A stretch of DNA of 62,000 nt. Source: Chiloscyllium plagiosum. Its lineage: Eukaryota. Location of the stretch: assembly GCF_004010195.1 (NCBI RefSeq), contig NC_057750.1, forward strand, positions 18,452,542 to 18,514,541. The letters are read 5' to 3'. The notes beneath the pieces are model-generated. The model saw only the letters and a program-made list of their open reading frames with translations, was not told the origin of the DNA and searched no databases. Of this stretch, positions 37,755 to 50,972 are shown in pieces; positions within the stretch are counted from its first letter, which is position 1, and every line of letters starts with the position of its first letter. The position numbers and the translations under genes are program-made.

Positions 37755-39590
37755 AGAATAGAATAGTCATTATTGTCACATGCACTCATATGACTGCAGT
37801 GAAAAGTTTGTAATGTCGGTGCTATCATAGGTACAGGGTACCTAGGTACAGATACTTCAAGTGTTGTTACAGAATTGAAACAGTAAATAAAAGACGTTAG
37901 TATGGGAATATAGAGTTTAAAAAATCCCAAATGAGAATAAGAAATACCTTTATAGTACTCGCATTATAGGCCTTGTTCATTGAGTCCATGCTCGCCGGGG
38001 TCAGAACATGAGGCCTCGCTGCCTCCAAGTGCCAACCTGTGTCCTAGCCTCACCTCCAGGAATCATCCCCCAGCCAGCCTGTACTTGCTCTGCTATGGGT
38101 TCAGCTGTGGCTGCGCACTCCCTGCTTGGTCTGCACCCGCTCTGCTCCCACACTGCACTCCAGCTGTGACTCGGCCTGTGCTCACTCTGCTCCCGCACTG
38201 TGCTCCAGGTGTGACTCGGCCTGTGCTCACTCTGCTCCCACACTGGGCTCTGGCTCTGACATGGCCTGTGCTCACTCTACTCCCACACTGGGCTCTGGCT
38301 CTGACACGGCCTGTGCTCACTCTGCTCCCACACTGGGCTCTGGCTCTGATTCGGCCTGTGCTCACTCTACTCCCACACTGGGCTCTGGCTCTGATTCGGC
38401 CTGTGCTCACTCTACTCCCACACTGGGCTCTGGCTCTGACACGGCCTCTGCTCACTCTGCTCCCACACTGGGCTCTGGCTCTGACCCAGCCTGCACTCAC
38501 TCTGCTCCCACACTGGGCTCCAGCTGTGACTTGTTCCTGGGACTCGGCCTGTGCTCACTCTGCTCCCGCACTGTGCTCCAGGTGTGACTCGGCCTGTGCT
38601 CACTCTGCTCCCACACTGGGCTCTGGCTCTGATTCGGCCTGTGTTCACTCTGCTCCCACACTGGGCTCTGGCTCTGACACGGCCTGTGCTCACTCTGCTC
38701 CCACACTGGGCTCTGGCTCTGATTCGGCCTGTGTTCACTCTACTCCCACACTGGGCTCTGGCTCTGATTCGGCCTGTGCTCACTCTACTCCCACACTGGG
38801 CTCTGGCTCTGACACGGCCTCTGCTCACTCTGCTCCCACACTGGGCTCTGGCTCTGATTCGGCCTGTGATCATCTACTCCCACACTGGGCTCTGGCTCTG
38901 ACACGGCCTGTGCTCACTCTGCTCCCACACTGGGCTCTGGCTCTGACACGGCCTGTGTTCACTCTGCTCCCACACTGGGCTCTGGCTCTGACCCAGCCTG
39001 CACTCACTCTGCTCCCACACTGGGCTCTGGCTCTGACACAGCCTGCACTCACTCTGCTCCCACACTGGGCTCCAGCTGTGACTTGTTCCTGGGACTCGGC
39101 CTGTGCTCACTCTGCTCCCACACTGGGGTCCAGCTGTGACTTGGTCTGTTTCACTCTGCTCCCACACGGCTCCAGGTTTGACTTATTCCTGGGACTCGGC
39201 CTGTGCTTACTCTGCTCTCACACTGGGCTCCATTTGTGACTCGGCCTGTGCTCACTCTGCTCCCACACTGGGCTCCAGCTGTGACTCGGCCTGTGCTCAC
39301 TCTGCTCCCACACGGCTCCAGGTGTGACTTATTCCTGGGACTCGGCCTGTGCTTACTCTGCTCTCACACTGGGCTCCATTTGTGACTCGGCCTGTGCTCA
39401 CTCTGCTCCCACACTGGGCTCCAGCTGTGACTCGGCCTGTGCTCACTCTGCTCCCACACTGGACTCCAGCTGTGACTCGGCCTGTGCTCGCTCTGCTCCT
39501 GCACTGTGCTCCGGTTGTGTCGCACTTCTGGGTCTTGGCCCATACTCTCTCTGCTGCCACTCTGGGCTCTGGCCATGACTTGCTCTGCTC
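37755..39590 (-). mobile_element. Putative non-autonomous retroposon with a Rex1-like tail that contains the minisatellite
   Basis: The tail (reverse complement) cttttcactgcag...atgtgacaataatgactattctattc resembles 12205-12260 and 17310-17365. Confidence 0.45.
38130..39520. repeat. GC-rich minisatellite, 45-bp unit (about 30 copies) with 58-bp variants
   Basis: Unit cggcctgtgctcactctgctcccacactgggctctggctctga(tt/ca); the 15-aa periodicity RPVLTLLPHWALALT shows in the ORF track. Variants carry a 13-bp ttgttcctgggac insert. Confidence 0.97.
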
Positions 39591-42500
39591 CAGTGGTGGT
39601 GAGTAGTAGGTGGCAAATATCAGGAGTGACCTGATACCATAAGACGTAATGGAGTCAATGGTAAGGATTTTCAGGGCAGCTCTTCCTGATTACGTAACCT
39701 TGTGCTGCCACTTCAGTTTGGTTTATGTTGCTTTTGGGAAATGGTGTATCCAGGGATTGCAATGATGGTTTAAGGTATTCTGTGAGTATCAGACTATTGC
39801 TTGGCTGATCCTTTGGACAACTCTCCCAGTTTTGCACAAGCCCCAAAGGTCATTGAGCAGAGATAATGGGACTAGGGCTTTCAAGTTCGCAGGTTAATTC
39901 TGAGTGGTCTGTCCATTTTCATTCCATGTTTGTGTTGGAGAAACATTCCGGATGAGACATTTGTGCCTCCATCTATGTTGGAGGAAGTTGGAATTTGAAA
40001 AGAGTGTTTGGAAACTGAATCTGCAAAGTTTATTCTTCTTGCGTGTTTTATTTTAAGGGGGCAGGATAGTTGTGCAGGTAAGCGAATCTACAAATAGCAA
40101 TCCCACTCTTCTTACTTCATTGTGGAGTTTGGCATTTTAGACCACCCATTATTTCCATGGAATCAAACCCTTTTGGTAGGAAATATGACTTATGTTACCT
40201 CAGAGGAGTTGTGAACCAAAGGGAACCTTAGTCTGGAGTTGGGAATCTCAAGTCTGGAGTTGGGAATCCCATGACAGATAAGTTGTTGCTGATATATTGT
40301 TAAAATATGTTGAAAATAAGATAGGTTCAGTGAGTTTATCATGCAGCAATTGTAATAGGACTTTTGTTAGACCATTAACCTTATTGAAGCTGTGAAAGTG
40401 GAAGAAATCTGCAGATGCAATATAGTACATTGTCCAGTGGAAAATGTGTTGTCTTACATCAAACAGAATTGATATTCATATTTTACTGTGTGAATTGGGT
40501 CCTGTCATTTGACATTCCTGTGATGGATAGCTCATCTTTTGAAGTAGTGGAACAGTAGTGGCGGTACCCTTTTTCATTGACAGTTCGACCATCTATTCAG
40601 CCTTAGAACCAATGGGGTCTAACATTTTCAGAACTAGACCATGTTCCATTGGAAGCAAGCCTTCTAGTCTGTTTGATTTAGCATCTACCCACCTTATTCT
40701 GACTTTCGACCTTCTCAGTAGGCAGCTGTCCTGAATTCATGACCTTTCCACAATGAAAATTGCATGGGTGAGCATTGTCAGGCAAGTAGTGAGATCATTG
40801 GAAAATGACTTGATTCAGGATTTCGACCTTGAAGATGGGCCACTATGTGTGTGCTAAGGGTGTGTTGAAGAGGCACTCATTCTTTATGCATGTGCAGGGG
40901 TGTAGGAGAGATGGTGGGTAGGTGGTGTTTGACTCTCAATCTATATGTTGGAGATTTTTCAAAGATACTCACTCTGTGTGTACGTGAGGGATGTCTATAT
41001 TAGCTTTCCTCATAGGGCACTGGCCTATGATTGTGATAGCTTCCCTCCCCACTGTTATTCACCAGAAATGCAAAATGAAATGAGAAAATACTGGAAACTC
41101 TCAATGAATCAGTTTGAACAGTAAGCACAATGGGATACTTCAGCACATTCTTCAACTGATCTTGAACTGGGTCACTCTGGGTAACAACAGGAGTACAAGT
41201 ATACGCAACTCAGGAACTACAGCTTAAAGGGTTGTATTGAGCAATCTAACCAAATAAAATATGACCCCAATTTCCACATTGAACCCCATATAAAAATTTG
41301 GTTACAATTGCTTGTAAAATTTGCTGAAATAATAAACACTACAATGATGCATTTCTTGTAATTCAACATCTCCGAGTTTCTAGTTCTTCCTTGTGATGTG
41401 GTCTAAAGTTTCTGTGGGATCTGCTGGTCACTAAAATTTGTCTGATGTTAAAAATATTGAGTCACAGAATCAGGATCTAGACCTGAGAATAGCAAACTAC
41501 TTCTGTTACTTGATAAAATCAGAAGTCATTCTTAAGAAAATACTGACCTGCTCGGATAAAATACCAGAAAATGTTGTTAAAGAGCTCAGTACAGTCACCA
41601 TTTCCAGACTACAGCTGCTATTTTCTTAATGCAATATTTACTTTACAACTTCTGGCGACAAATAGCCATAAATTGATCAGAAGTGAAAATGATGGTGAAC
41701 AGGCTGTGGCTGCAAAAAACACGATGGTTTGGATATTATTGGGGAGAAATAAAACCAGAGATTTCTGCCTTTCTGATTGTTATCAGCTGTTAACATACAG
41801 TACCAGAGAGCTTTTTGAAGTCCAGACAACCAACTTGGTCCATTTGTAATAGATAGCTGTCAATATGTCTGTATTGGGAAAAACTCCATTGATGCAATGC
41901 TTCCACTGCCAATAATAATGAGTGTCACACGTGTCATAAAAGCCATTTTGTAAGAATAGATGGAGACTTCAACAGTGAATAACTGAAAGACAGACCATGT
42001 CAGTCTGCAACTGTCCGAGAAGTGGATGATGTATTCTTGGAGAAATAAATGACAGGACATTTTCCAGTGTGCAAATATTATGATTAACGGCAGAAAAAAA
42101 ATTTAAATTGAACACAGAAGCAAGATTATGCCTTGTTTCAGTACCACTGTGTGACAAAGGCTGAGATTCTCTGACTATTACCATTCAGCTTCAGGGTGCA
42201 GAAGAAATTCCAATATGTTCGCAAGGGCACACACACACATGCTACACTTATAATGGAAAATAATCATTGATGTATGTTATTCCTAATCAATGTAATTTTT
42301 AATATAATACAGAGTCACTGATGTAACTTAGAAGCTTCCTTCTTCAGGACTTGCAAATGAAATTTCAATTAATTACGTCAAATCAGTTGTTATTGAAGAT
42401 AGTGCTCACCTAGATTCACAGCAGGATACAATGGATTTTTAAATTATCATTCGAATGTACGTGGCCAGTAAGGAAATGACATGATTTTAATTTTCTCTTT

Positions 42501-43596
42501 CAATGAAGTGTGAAATAGAACAAAGGTGCCGCTGATGTTAATGATTTATTGGAGCAGGAGATGGTTTGACAATAGCCTGTGGTTTGCACAGCGGAGAATT
42601 GCAAAGTGTCACTGTTGCTCCACAAGCTCAAGAACACACAATGCAACTAGAAGTGGAAGAGCTTCAGCAAAAGACAGATATTGCTGTTAATAACTTACCA
42701 ATGCAACTATGTGACATGGCACCCCATCAGTCCTCAACTGGACAAATCAGAGACATTTGTATCCCATGTTCTCAAACTGGGTGAATTTTCAGGCAATCGC
42801 TGAGGAACTGTTTATGCAGCAAGATGTTGATGATGAAGCCAAAGGATTTCTGTTGAAGGTCAGCATTTTGTTTCACAACAAGTTTTTCTGGAACCTGTAC
42901 AAGGATAACCTGGCTCCAGAGAGGATTGCAGAAACAAAGGACAGAAGAATGGAAACGTGCACATGTTGCAGTAGCAGAGTGTTATGCTGTTAAAAAGTGC
43001 ATCTCAAGGATTAAACAAGCAGCAGAAGAATATATTGGTCACAGAGCAAGTTTCTGAAGAAATTCTGGAACTAGACATCCCACCTATAACCAAGGTAGCT
43101 GTTATAGAGGAAGTGGTTGAAATTGATGTTGAACATTCAATCAAGTGTGTGGCTCAGCATACTTGTTTGAATCTTTTATGCTAATTCTTACGTTGATAAT
43201 GGTGAAATCCTACTTTCTGCTAGAAGTCCTGAGAGGTCAATGTCTGTGGAGAAGAAGCCTTAAGCTTCAAAGTAGTTTTAATTCTTCCTTTCAGCTACAT
43301 GATTGTTCCTGGATGTTCAGTAGATTAGTTCTTTCATCAATGCATTAGGAATGGAGAAGACAGCTGTGAAGTTCTACATGGGAGGAAAACGTGCTTCACT
43401 TCTTAAAAAATATTTTCTGAAGGAACAAAGGAGGATTCAATTTGTTGTCTTCTCTTCTATGGGTTTTCAGTGGTTCGTGTTTTGAAGATTTGTCTTTTGA
43501 ATCAATCCTTCTTTGCTCATTCTTCACTACTTTTGTCTTCAAGTCAATATCAGTGTTCCAGCTCCCGGTGCCAACTGTTGTGCAAAGTTGACACCC

Positions 43597-43832
43597 CTCT
43601 CTGCTCATAGGGACAATACTGAGTACATACATCTCTCATACACACATTCCTCTCTGCTCATAGAGACAATACTGAGTACATACATCTCTCATACACACAT
43701 CCCTCTCTGCTCATAGAGACAATACTGAGTACATACATCTCTCATACACATATCCCTCTCTGCTCATAGAGATGATACTGAAGTACATACAAACCTCACT
43801 GCTCATAGAGATGATACTGAAGTACATACATT
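43597..43832. repeat. 53-bp tandem repeat (about 3.6 copies) plus a 39-bp terminal duplication
   Basis: ctgctcatag starts at 43601, 43654, 43707, 43760 and 43799. Confidence 0.95.
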
Positions 43833-44079
43833 CATCACTTCCTCAAATAAAGAAACAAGAACATTGATGGGGATTCATGTATTTTGCAAAATAACCTTTG
43901 ACAGAAGGGTGGCAGGTCGATGAAAGTGTAACCAACTCAGGGTAGAGCGAAAGATTTGAGCGGCAGTGTAGTATATGGGATTAATAGCTAAACTGTATCA
44001 TTGGTGATGTTAGATCAAATGGAGCTAGAATTAGAAAGTGAAGATTCTGCTAAAAACTCTCTTGTACAAAGTGTGAATA

Positions 44080-47000
44080 AATCTTTCCGGGACTTACTGA
44101 AGATCGCTACATCATCTAAATAGACTGCACAGTTTGTTAACCCAGCCACAACTCTGCTCATGAGTCTTTGGAATGTATTGGGCGTGGTCTTCATTCCAAA
44201 GGGCATTACGTTAAACTGATATAGTCCATTTGGGGTTACAAATGCAGAAATTTATTTCGCCAATTCGAATAAAGGTACCTCCCAGTAATCACGGATTAAG
44301 TCCAACTTTCTCAATCCAGTTCTCCAATCTAGGAATTGGATATGAGTCTGATTTTGTAACAGCGTTGACCTTCTGATAATCCACGCAGAATCGTTGAGTC
44401 CCATCCGGTTTAGGAACTAAGACGATCGGCGAACTCCACTCGCTCTGGCTTGGTTTGATGATATCCTGTTTGAGCATGGCCTCCACTTCCATCTGGACCT
44501 GTCTGGCTTTGAAAGGATTACGCCGATAACGGTGTTGTTTTATCGGAGCAGTATTTCCTATATCTACTTCATGTACAATAGTATTAGTCCTCCCCATCTG
44601 ATTGTTACATATGCCCTTGTACTGCAGTAACAAATCCTTCAACTCTGTTCTATGCTCCTGAGGCAGATAGCTTACTAACCTATCTCACACCTCAAGGACT
44701 TATTCATTTTTTAACCTATTATGAGGCACCTCAAAATTCAAATCAGGCCAGTAACTAACACTTGTTTCTTCAGTTCTTTCTCTCTAGTATAATACGGTTT
44801 CAGCCCGTTTGTATGACATAGCCGATACCTTTTTTTCCCATCTGGCATTTTTACTAAATAGTTCACCTGACTCAACTTTTCCTCAATTTGATAGGCACCA
44901 CTAAACCTGGCTTTGAAGAGATCTCCTATCATTGGTAACAGTACTAACACGTTATCCCTTTGGGAGAACGTCTGAGTCTCAGAGTTTTTATCTGCCACCT
45001 GCTTCATTCTACACTCACCTACTCAATTTAGTCTCTTTACTCACCTACTCAATTTAGTCTCTCCCTCACCTCCAATACATAATCTAAGTGTGAGATCTCC
45101 AACTTTGGGCCTGTCAATTTTTCTTTACTTAATTTCAAAGGGCCTCTCACTTCATGACCGAATATTAACTCAAAGGGAGTAAACTGAGTAGATTCATTTG
45201 GGGCATCTCTAATGGCAAACAATACGAATGGAATACCTTCATCCCAATCATTCGGGTAATCCTGACAGTATGCTCTCAACATGGTCTTCAAGGTCTGTTG
45301 CCACCTTTCTAAAGCTCCCTGGGATTCAGGATGATACATACTGGATTTAAAGTGCTGTATACCTAACCTCCTTAAACAGCCGAGCAGTAAAATCTGACCC
45401 TTGTTTCGACTGAATGTCTCTGGGTAGCCCATACTTTATGAAAAAAGCTATTAACTCCTCCAGTACCCTTTTCGCCTTAATACTCCCCCAATGGAATTGC
45501 TTTAAGAAATCTGGTAGACACATCCATTATGGTTAACAAGTATTGGTTCCCACTTTTTTCGGGAGGGGACCTACACAATCAATTATAACCCGCATGGAGG
45601 GCTCTTCAAGTGCAGGAATTGGCAGCAAAGGAGCTGGTTTTATTACCACCTGTGGCTTATCTACCATTTGGCATGTATGACATGTATAGCAAAAGTAACC
45701 ACATCCTTGTGCATTCCAGGCCAATAAAATGTTATTGTACCTTAGACTGAGCATTTCATACCCCTAGATGATCTCCAAATAGTTCATGTGCTATCTGTAA
45801 CACTTCCTTTCGGTATGCTACCGGCCACACAACCAGGTGCACTTCGGCCATCTCTCCTCAATATTAACCTGCTGTGGTCTCCATTTATGTCTGCGGATTC
45901 TATCTTTCAAATAATAACCCTCTGGAATATTCTCTGCCTCCTTTTCAGAGTACGCATCCACACATATATCTTTTATCATCTTGTCTTGCTGTTGCAAATC
46001 TCTTAGCCTTTCAGGAGTAAAGACTTCTGTCTGACCCTCTGCCTGTTCAGGTTTTTCCTGGAACATTATGTCAAATGGGTATCTGCTAACTGAACCTCAA
46101 CTCCTTTATCTTTCACTTTACTTTTCACTTCATGCTGTGAGTTATTATAATGGGATCTGATTTCCACACAGTCTGGGAAAATACCAGGATATTTCTCCTC
46201 AGTTTCTTGGGCTTCTCCACAACAAGGAGTGTGAGTCCCACCTTGGATCCCACTAAATCATTCCCAAGAACAATTGAATTCCTGGAACTGACACTCTGCC
46301 AATCACTCCCATTGTAACTTCCCCAGTCTTAACTTGGCACTCCAAACTGATCTTACATAGGGGAATACTAAATATCTGTCCATCTATCCCACAAATGATC
46401 ACACTCTCAGGTAACAGATCAGAAAGAGTGCATATTTGCTCATCCCTTATTATCAGGGACTGGTTAGATCCTGTATCTCTCAACATTATAACTTTTTGTC
46501 CTTCTCCCCCTGTTCTTTCTGAGTAAACTTTTCCCAGACAGGCAAATTCTTTGTAGAGATCAGATACTAACCCCATACCCAGCCCCTGCCTTGGCTGTGC
46601 ACTCTCTGCAGCTCCTCAGCTCTTCTTGGGATCTCCTTTATTACCTCCAGTAATGCCACTGGCTTAGCTTCTTCTACCACATCTTTTCCCACAGTGCTTC
46701 TCTTTAACGACCAGTGTCTTTATGTGTCCCACTTTACTACAGTGGAAACACCTGAGGCCTTTCACCTCCTTTCCACCCTGTTGGGCTTCTTTTTTTATCC
46801 TGTGGTAAAATTTTACCAGTGCTTTCTACTCTTGGTTTAGTAGTGTAGGATCTCTCCTTCTCCCAACTTCTATCCCTTGCAGGACAAAATTCTGGGTGGA
46901 AGCTTGTCCTGTGCATCAGCATGTACTCATCTGCTAATTCTGCTTTTCTTCTCACTTTCTGAACTTTCTGTTCCTCCATGTGAATTCTTGCCATCTCTGA

Positions 47001-49076
47001 AAGCGAGTTTTTAAACCCCTCCAGCAGAATAATCTCTGTTAGAACCTCAAATGTCCTGTCTATTTTCAAAGCACGCACCCATCGATCAAAATGACTATGC
47101 TTAATTCTTTCGAACTCAACATAAGTCTGACCTGGTTCCATCTTTTGTTTCTGAATCACTGTCTGTATGCTTCTAGTACCAATTCATAAGCACTTAATAA
47201 ACCTGTTTAACCTCTTCATAATCTCTTGATACCTCATCTGATAACGTGGCAAATACCTCACTAGCTCTGCCTTCCAATTTAGTCTGAACTAGCATTACCC
47301 ATAAATCCTCGGACTACTCCATCTGCCTCGCCAATTTTTTGAATAAAATAAAAAAAGGCTTCAACATCTTTCTCATCAAAATGTGGCAGAGTTTTGACAT
47401 ATATATCACTACTTTCTCTTTTAATCTCCATCCTGTTAACTTGAAGTCGCAACGTCTCAAGTTCAAATTCTCTCTCTTTCTCTCTTTTCTCTCTCTCCCT
47501 TTCTTCTCACTCTCCTTCTTTCTCCCCTTTTTTCTCTCTCTCTCTTTCTCGCTTCCTTTCCTCCATCTCTCTTTGCTCAGCCAAGAATCTTTTTTCTCCC
47601 TGTTTTTCTTCTCTCTCTTTTTCCTCCCTCTTTCTCCTCTCACTTTTTCTCTCCCTTTGTTTGCCTTCTAATTTCATTTTCCTCAATTGGAAGTTAAGTT
47701 TTTCTACCTCTCCTGCACTTGTCTGTTTCTCTGACACACCTAAGTGTTTGAGTAATTCCCTTACAATTTTAGCTTTACTTTTGTCCTTGGTTAAACCCAA
47801 ATCTAACTTCTTTGCTAATTCTAAAAGTATTGCCTTTTTCTTTCCTTCTAAACTTTCTTGGCAAATTTGAGAATCATCTGCAAATCCCAGAATCTCTTCG
47901 GCAATCGTAAGAGCCATTTCTCTCACTTCTGCTTTAATCAACCACAAGTCAACAAAATTAAACAAATTGTCTCATCTGTGTTTTATTTAAAGATTTAGGA
48001 CACTAACCTGCAAGTGTTTATATCTAATGGAATTTTTTTTGTATCCCCCAAATCTATTCAACTCTGTCTATATCAGTTCAAATCACAGACCCGAGCCCCT
48101 AAACACAGGGTAAACCCTCCTGCTAAATTTAAAACCAGCAACAGAAAAGATTTATCCTGTGCAGTAATCTGTAAACATTCGAGTGGCCAAGAACTATTAA
48201 AAGTAAAAATTAACAACTTTATTTCTTAACGTATAAGAGAATAATTGACTAACCACTATTTACAATTTCTTCTTTTACTTTCCCTTCTCTAATACTAGTC
48301 CCTTACGAGCTGAATGGCACAGTGGCTCAGTGGTTAGCACTGCTGCCTCACAGTGCCAGGGACCTGGGTTTGATTCCCACCTCGGGTGACTGTCTCTGTG
48401 GAGTTTGCATATTCTCCCCGTGTCTGCGTGGGTCTCCCTCTGGGTATTCTGGTTTCCTCCTACAATCCAAAGATGTGCATGTCAGGTGAATTGGCCACGC
48501 TAAATTGTCCATAGTGTTAGGTGCATTAGTTAGGAGAATGGGTCTGTGTGGGTTACACTTTGGAGGGTTGGTGTGGACTTGTTGGCCTGTTTCCATACTG
48601 CAGACAATCTAAAACTCCCAATTAAGATTTACAAAACCAGACAGCTTTTGTTCTTCTATTCAGATTTTCCTGTGTCTTCTATTCTTCTTCTTAGGAATCT
48701 CTGCATCACAGGTTACTGATCAAAAAGGTACTTGTAAGAGAGCTATTTTCAGGCAGTCTGTTTACATGCCGGGCTTGTCAGTTTTCCTCTCAACTGTTCA
48801 ATCTCCCCCAGTCTTATACCTCCAAAGCACCGGATTGTGTCATTGGGTTTTAAGATTGTCAGTATACTCAATTCAAACTGGATTGGAGTTTGATATTTTT
48901 CGGGCTGTAATTTAAACTGATTGACAGAATTCAAATTTGTTTTTCGTCTCCAGGCAACGAGCTAATCGAGTTGTTCGACCAAGTGTTACATTGTTGCCTT
49001 ATTGAGAACACTTGGTGGTGTGTCAGGTAGTTCTGCTGCTTTTAACTCTTTAAAGTACACCCACATCTTCATAACA
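44080..49076 (-). mobile_element. Gmr1-like Gypsy element 2: 5' LTR, gag, PR, INT and partial RT; 3'-truncated
   Basis: LTR about 48100-49076 (minus strand starts tgttatgaag); Pro-like PBS near 48085-48101. gag at 47507-47965 and 46737-47159. PR MLRDTGSNQS (46253-46576). INT YHPESQGALER (45049-45432). RT RFCVDYQKVN (44289-44642) and CAVYLDDVAI (44015-44206). Confidence 0.92.
48312..48613 (+). mobile_element. HE1-type SINE (near full length) inserted in the Gypsy LTR
   Basis: tRNA-like head (tggctcagtgg A box, ggtttgattcc B box), central ggtttcctcc region, CR1-like tail. Confidence 0.92.
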
Positions 49077-50972
49077 TTGGGAATGCTGATAGATTCCAAT
49101 AGGAGGAGAAGTCATCCCTGCTCCCCGAAGAGCGCTACAAGGGAATCCTGGAAAATTGCCAGATGGTAGAGGTTTAGCTTACAAGAACCAACATTGCAAA
49201 TTGTCTGGTATTCTTTTTGACCTGTAACTGCAGTGGAGGAAAGATAGTTAACTCTCCCCAAACCATGATCCATCCTTTGCATATTCTGATAAAAACAGCG
49301 TTAGAGTCCACTAAATATGGTATTATGTCATCATTACATAACTGACGGTTACTCTTGACATGCCCATCACAAGACCATTCATTTCTAGTTTCACTTATTT
49401 GTATCCACAAGGTCCGTAACATTCGCTTTAGTAGTTGCTGAGTTGGTGGGGTTGTATATTTTACAGTTGGTCGCGTGTGCCCACTCCTGACATTCTTCCA
49501 ATTTAATGGCAGTTTGAGTGGGCAATAGCACTTGTTACGGTCCCTTCCATCTAGGAGAGAGAAAGCATTTGTTAAGAGACCTAACATACAATAAATCGCC
49601 AAGTCTAAAAAGTTGCATGTTTGACCCATGGAAGTTTAGCATGGTCTCTATTACCTTTGAATGATTTGCCTGAGCTGCTTCGCTCAGGACATGGGATGTA
49701 TTGTCAGGTTTTCTCATCTATCCACATCAGGGCTATTTCTGATGTAGACAGTGGGGGTCGGGTGCCAGTCATCATATGTCTCGCCATAAGAGTTTAAACC
49801 AGGGTTATACCAGTGGTTCCACTAACCCAGTTTCAGAGGGTGTACAGGATAATAGGCAAGGCTTCAGACCACTTTAGTCCAGCTTCCTGGCAAGTCTTTG
49901 CAACGGTATTTTTTAGCATCTCATTAGTTTGTTCCACTATTTCTAAGGACTGGGTTTGGTTAGGAATATGAACCTTCCACACAAATCCCAATACTGCACT
50001 CAGTGCTGTTACTATTTTTCCAGTAAAGTGGGTATGCCTGTCACTATTCATTTATTCCAGTATTCCAAAACAGGGGATTATATCTTTCATGACATTTTGC
50101 TGCTGTTTGGGCATCATCCCTTCTGGTGGAAAATGCCTCTATCCTTCTCTAGAACATATCTACTATGGCCAGTATGTATGTAAACCCTCCTGAGGGAGTC
50201 ATATGAACAAAATCATTCTGCAAGTTTCCAATGGCCCTTCGGGGATAGATGGATGATCAAAATGTGCAGGTGTTCTTCCTCTGTTGTACTGTTGGCAAAT
50301 AACACATGTTTCGGCTGTGTGTTTTAAAATAGTAAATATGCTGGGACCAAGCCACTGTTGGGGAATTTAATGTAGCATATCTCCTTTTTCTACATTCCCC
50401 TGCCCATGCACCAGCTGGGCAAGGGTATGGAGGAGAGTATGTGGACAGACCACCCTGCCAACAGGATGTTGCCAAAGACCAGAAGAATCAGGAGAGCATC
50501 CAGCATGAGCCCAGAAATCATGCTCTGCCTCTATAGCTGCTTCCTGCATCTGGAGAGCTGCTATAAGGTTGACAGTGGGGGGACTTCTATCTTAACCAAG
50601 CAGGGCACCATGACCGCGCACATCCGAGTGGCCTCATGGGTGGCAGCATTGTCGCGGGACACCTCGTCCTTAGAAGTAGTATGAGCTTCACATTTGACAA
50701 CCGCAATAGGTTGTTGATAAGAGTCATATGTTGAATAGGTTTACCGGTTGAGGTAATAAACCCATGACATTTTCAAAGTGTACCGAAGTCATGAAACACC
50801 CCAAATATATAATGGGAATCAGTATAAATGTTAATGGATTTTCCCATGGCAAAGATACATGCATGGGTATGAGTAAAGAGTTTAGCAACCTGGGCTGAAG
50901 TCCCGGACAGGAGAATGCATGCCTCTAGCATTTCAAAGGGTGTAACAACTGCGTAACTGGCATCAGTGAACA
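49077..50972 (-). mobile_element. Endogenous retrovirus relic 2 (RNase H, integrase, probable env start)
   Basis: RH SAQVAKL...GKSINIYTDSHYIFGVFHDFG (50773-50979). IN SDRHTHFTG...EQTNEMLK...WSEALP (49833-50051). C-terminal SPRWKGP (49535-49717). CW-like SU motif near 49185-49195. Confidence 0.8.

Noticed and set aside
37980..39239. 419-aa ORF and overlapping ORFs on both strands
   Set aside because: A by-product of a 45-bp (multiple of 3) stop-poor minisatellite; no domain or exon evidence.
38130..39520. CRISPR-like array
   Set aside because: Units are contiguous with no unique spacers, there are no cas genes, and the context is eukaryotic.
43597..43832. CRISPR-like repeat-spacer array
   Set aside because: The apparent spacers are near-identical, so it is a simple tandem repeat.
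47314..47671. Charged E/K/R-rich and Phe/Leu/Ser-rich ORFs as host proteins
   Set aside because: This is the purine-rich coiled-coil region of Gypsy gag and its antisense reading.
48312..48390. tRNA gene (also 26423-26500 and 59790-59861)
   Set aside because: The A/B boxes belong to HE1-type SINE heads that continue into SINE body sequence; no convincing cloverleaf.
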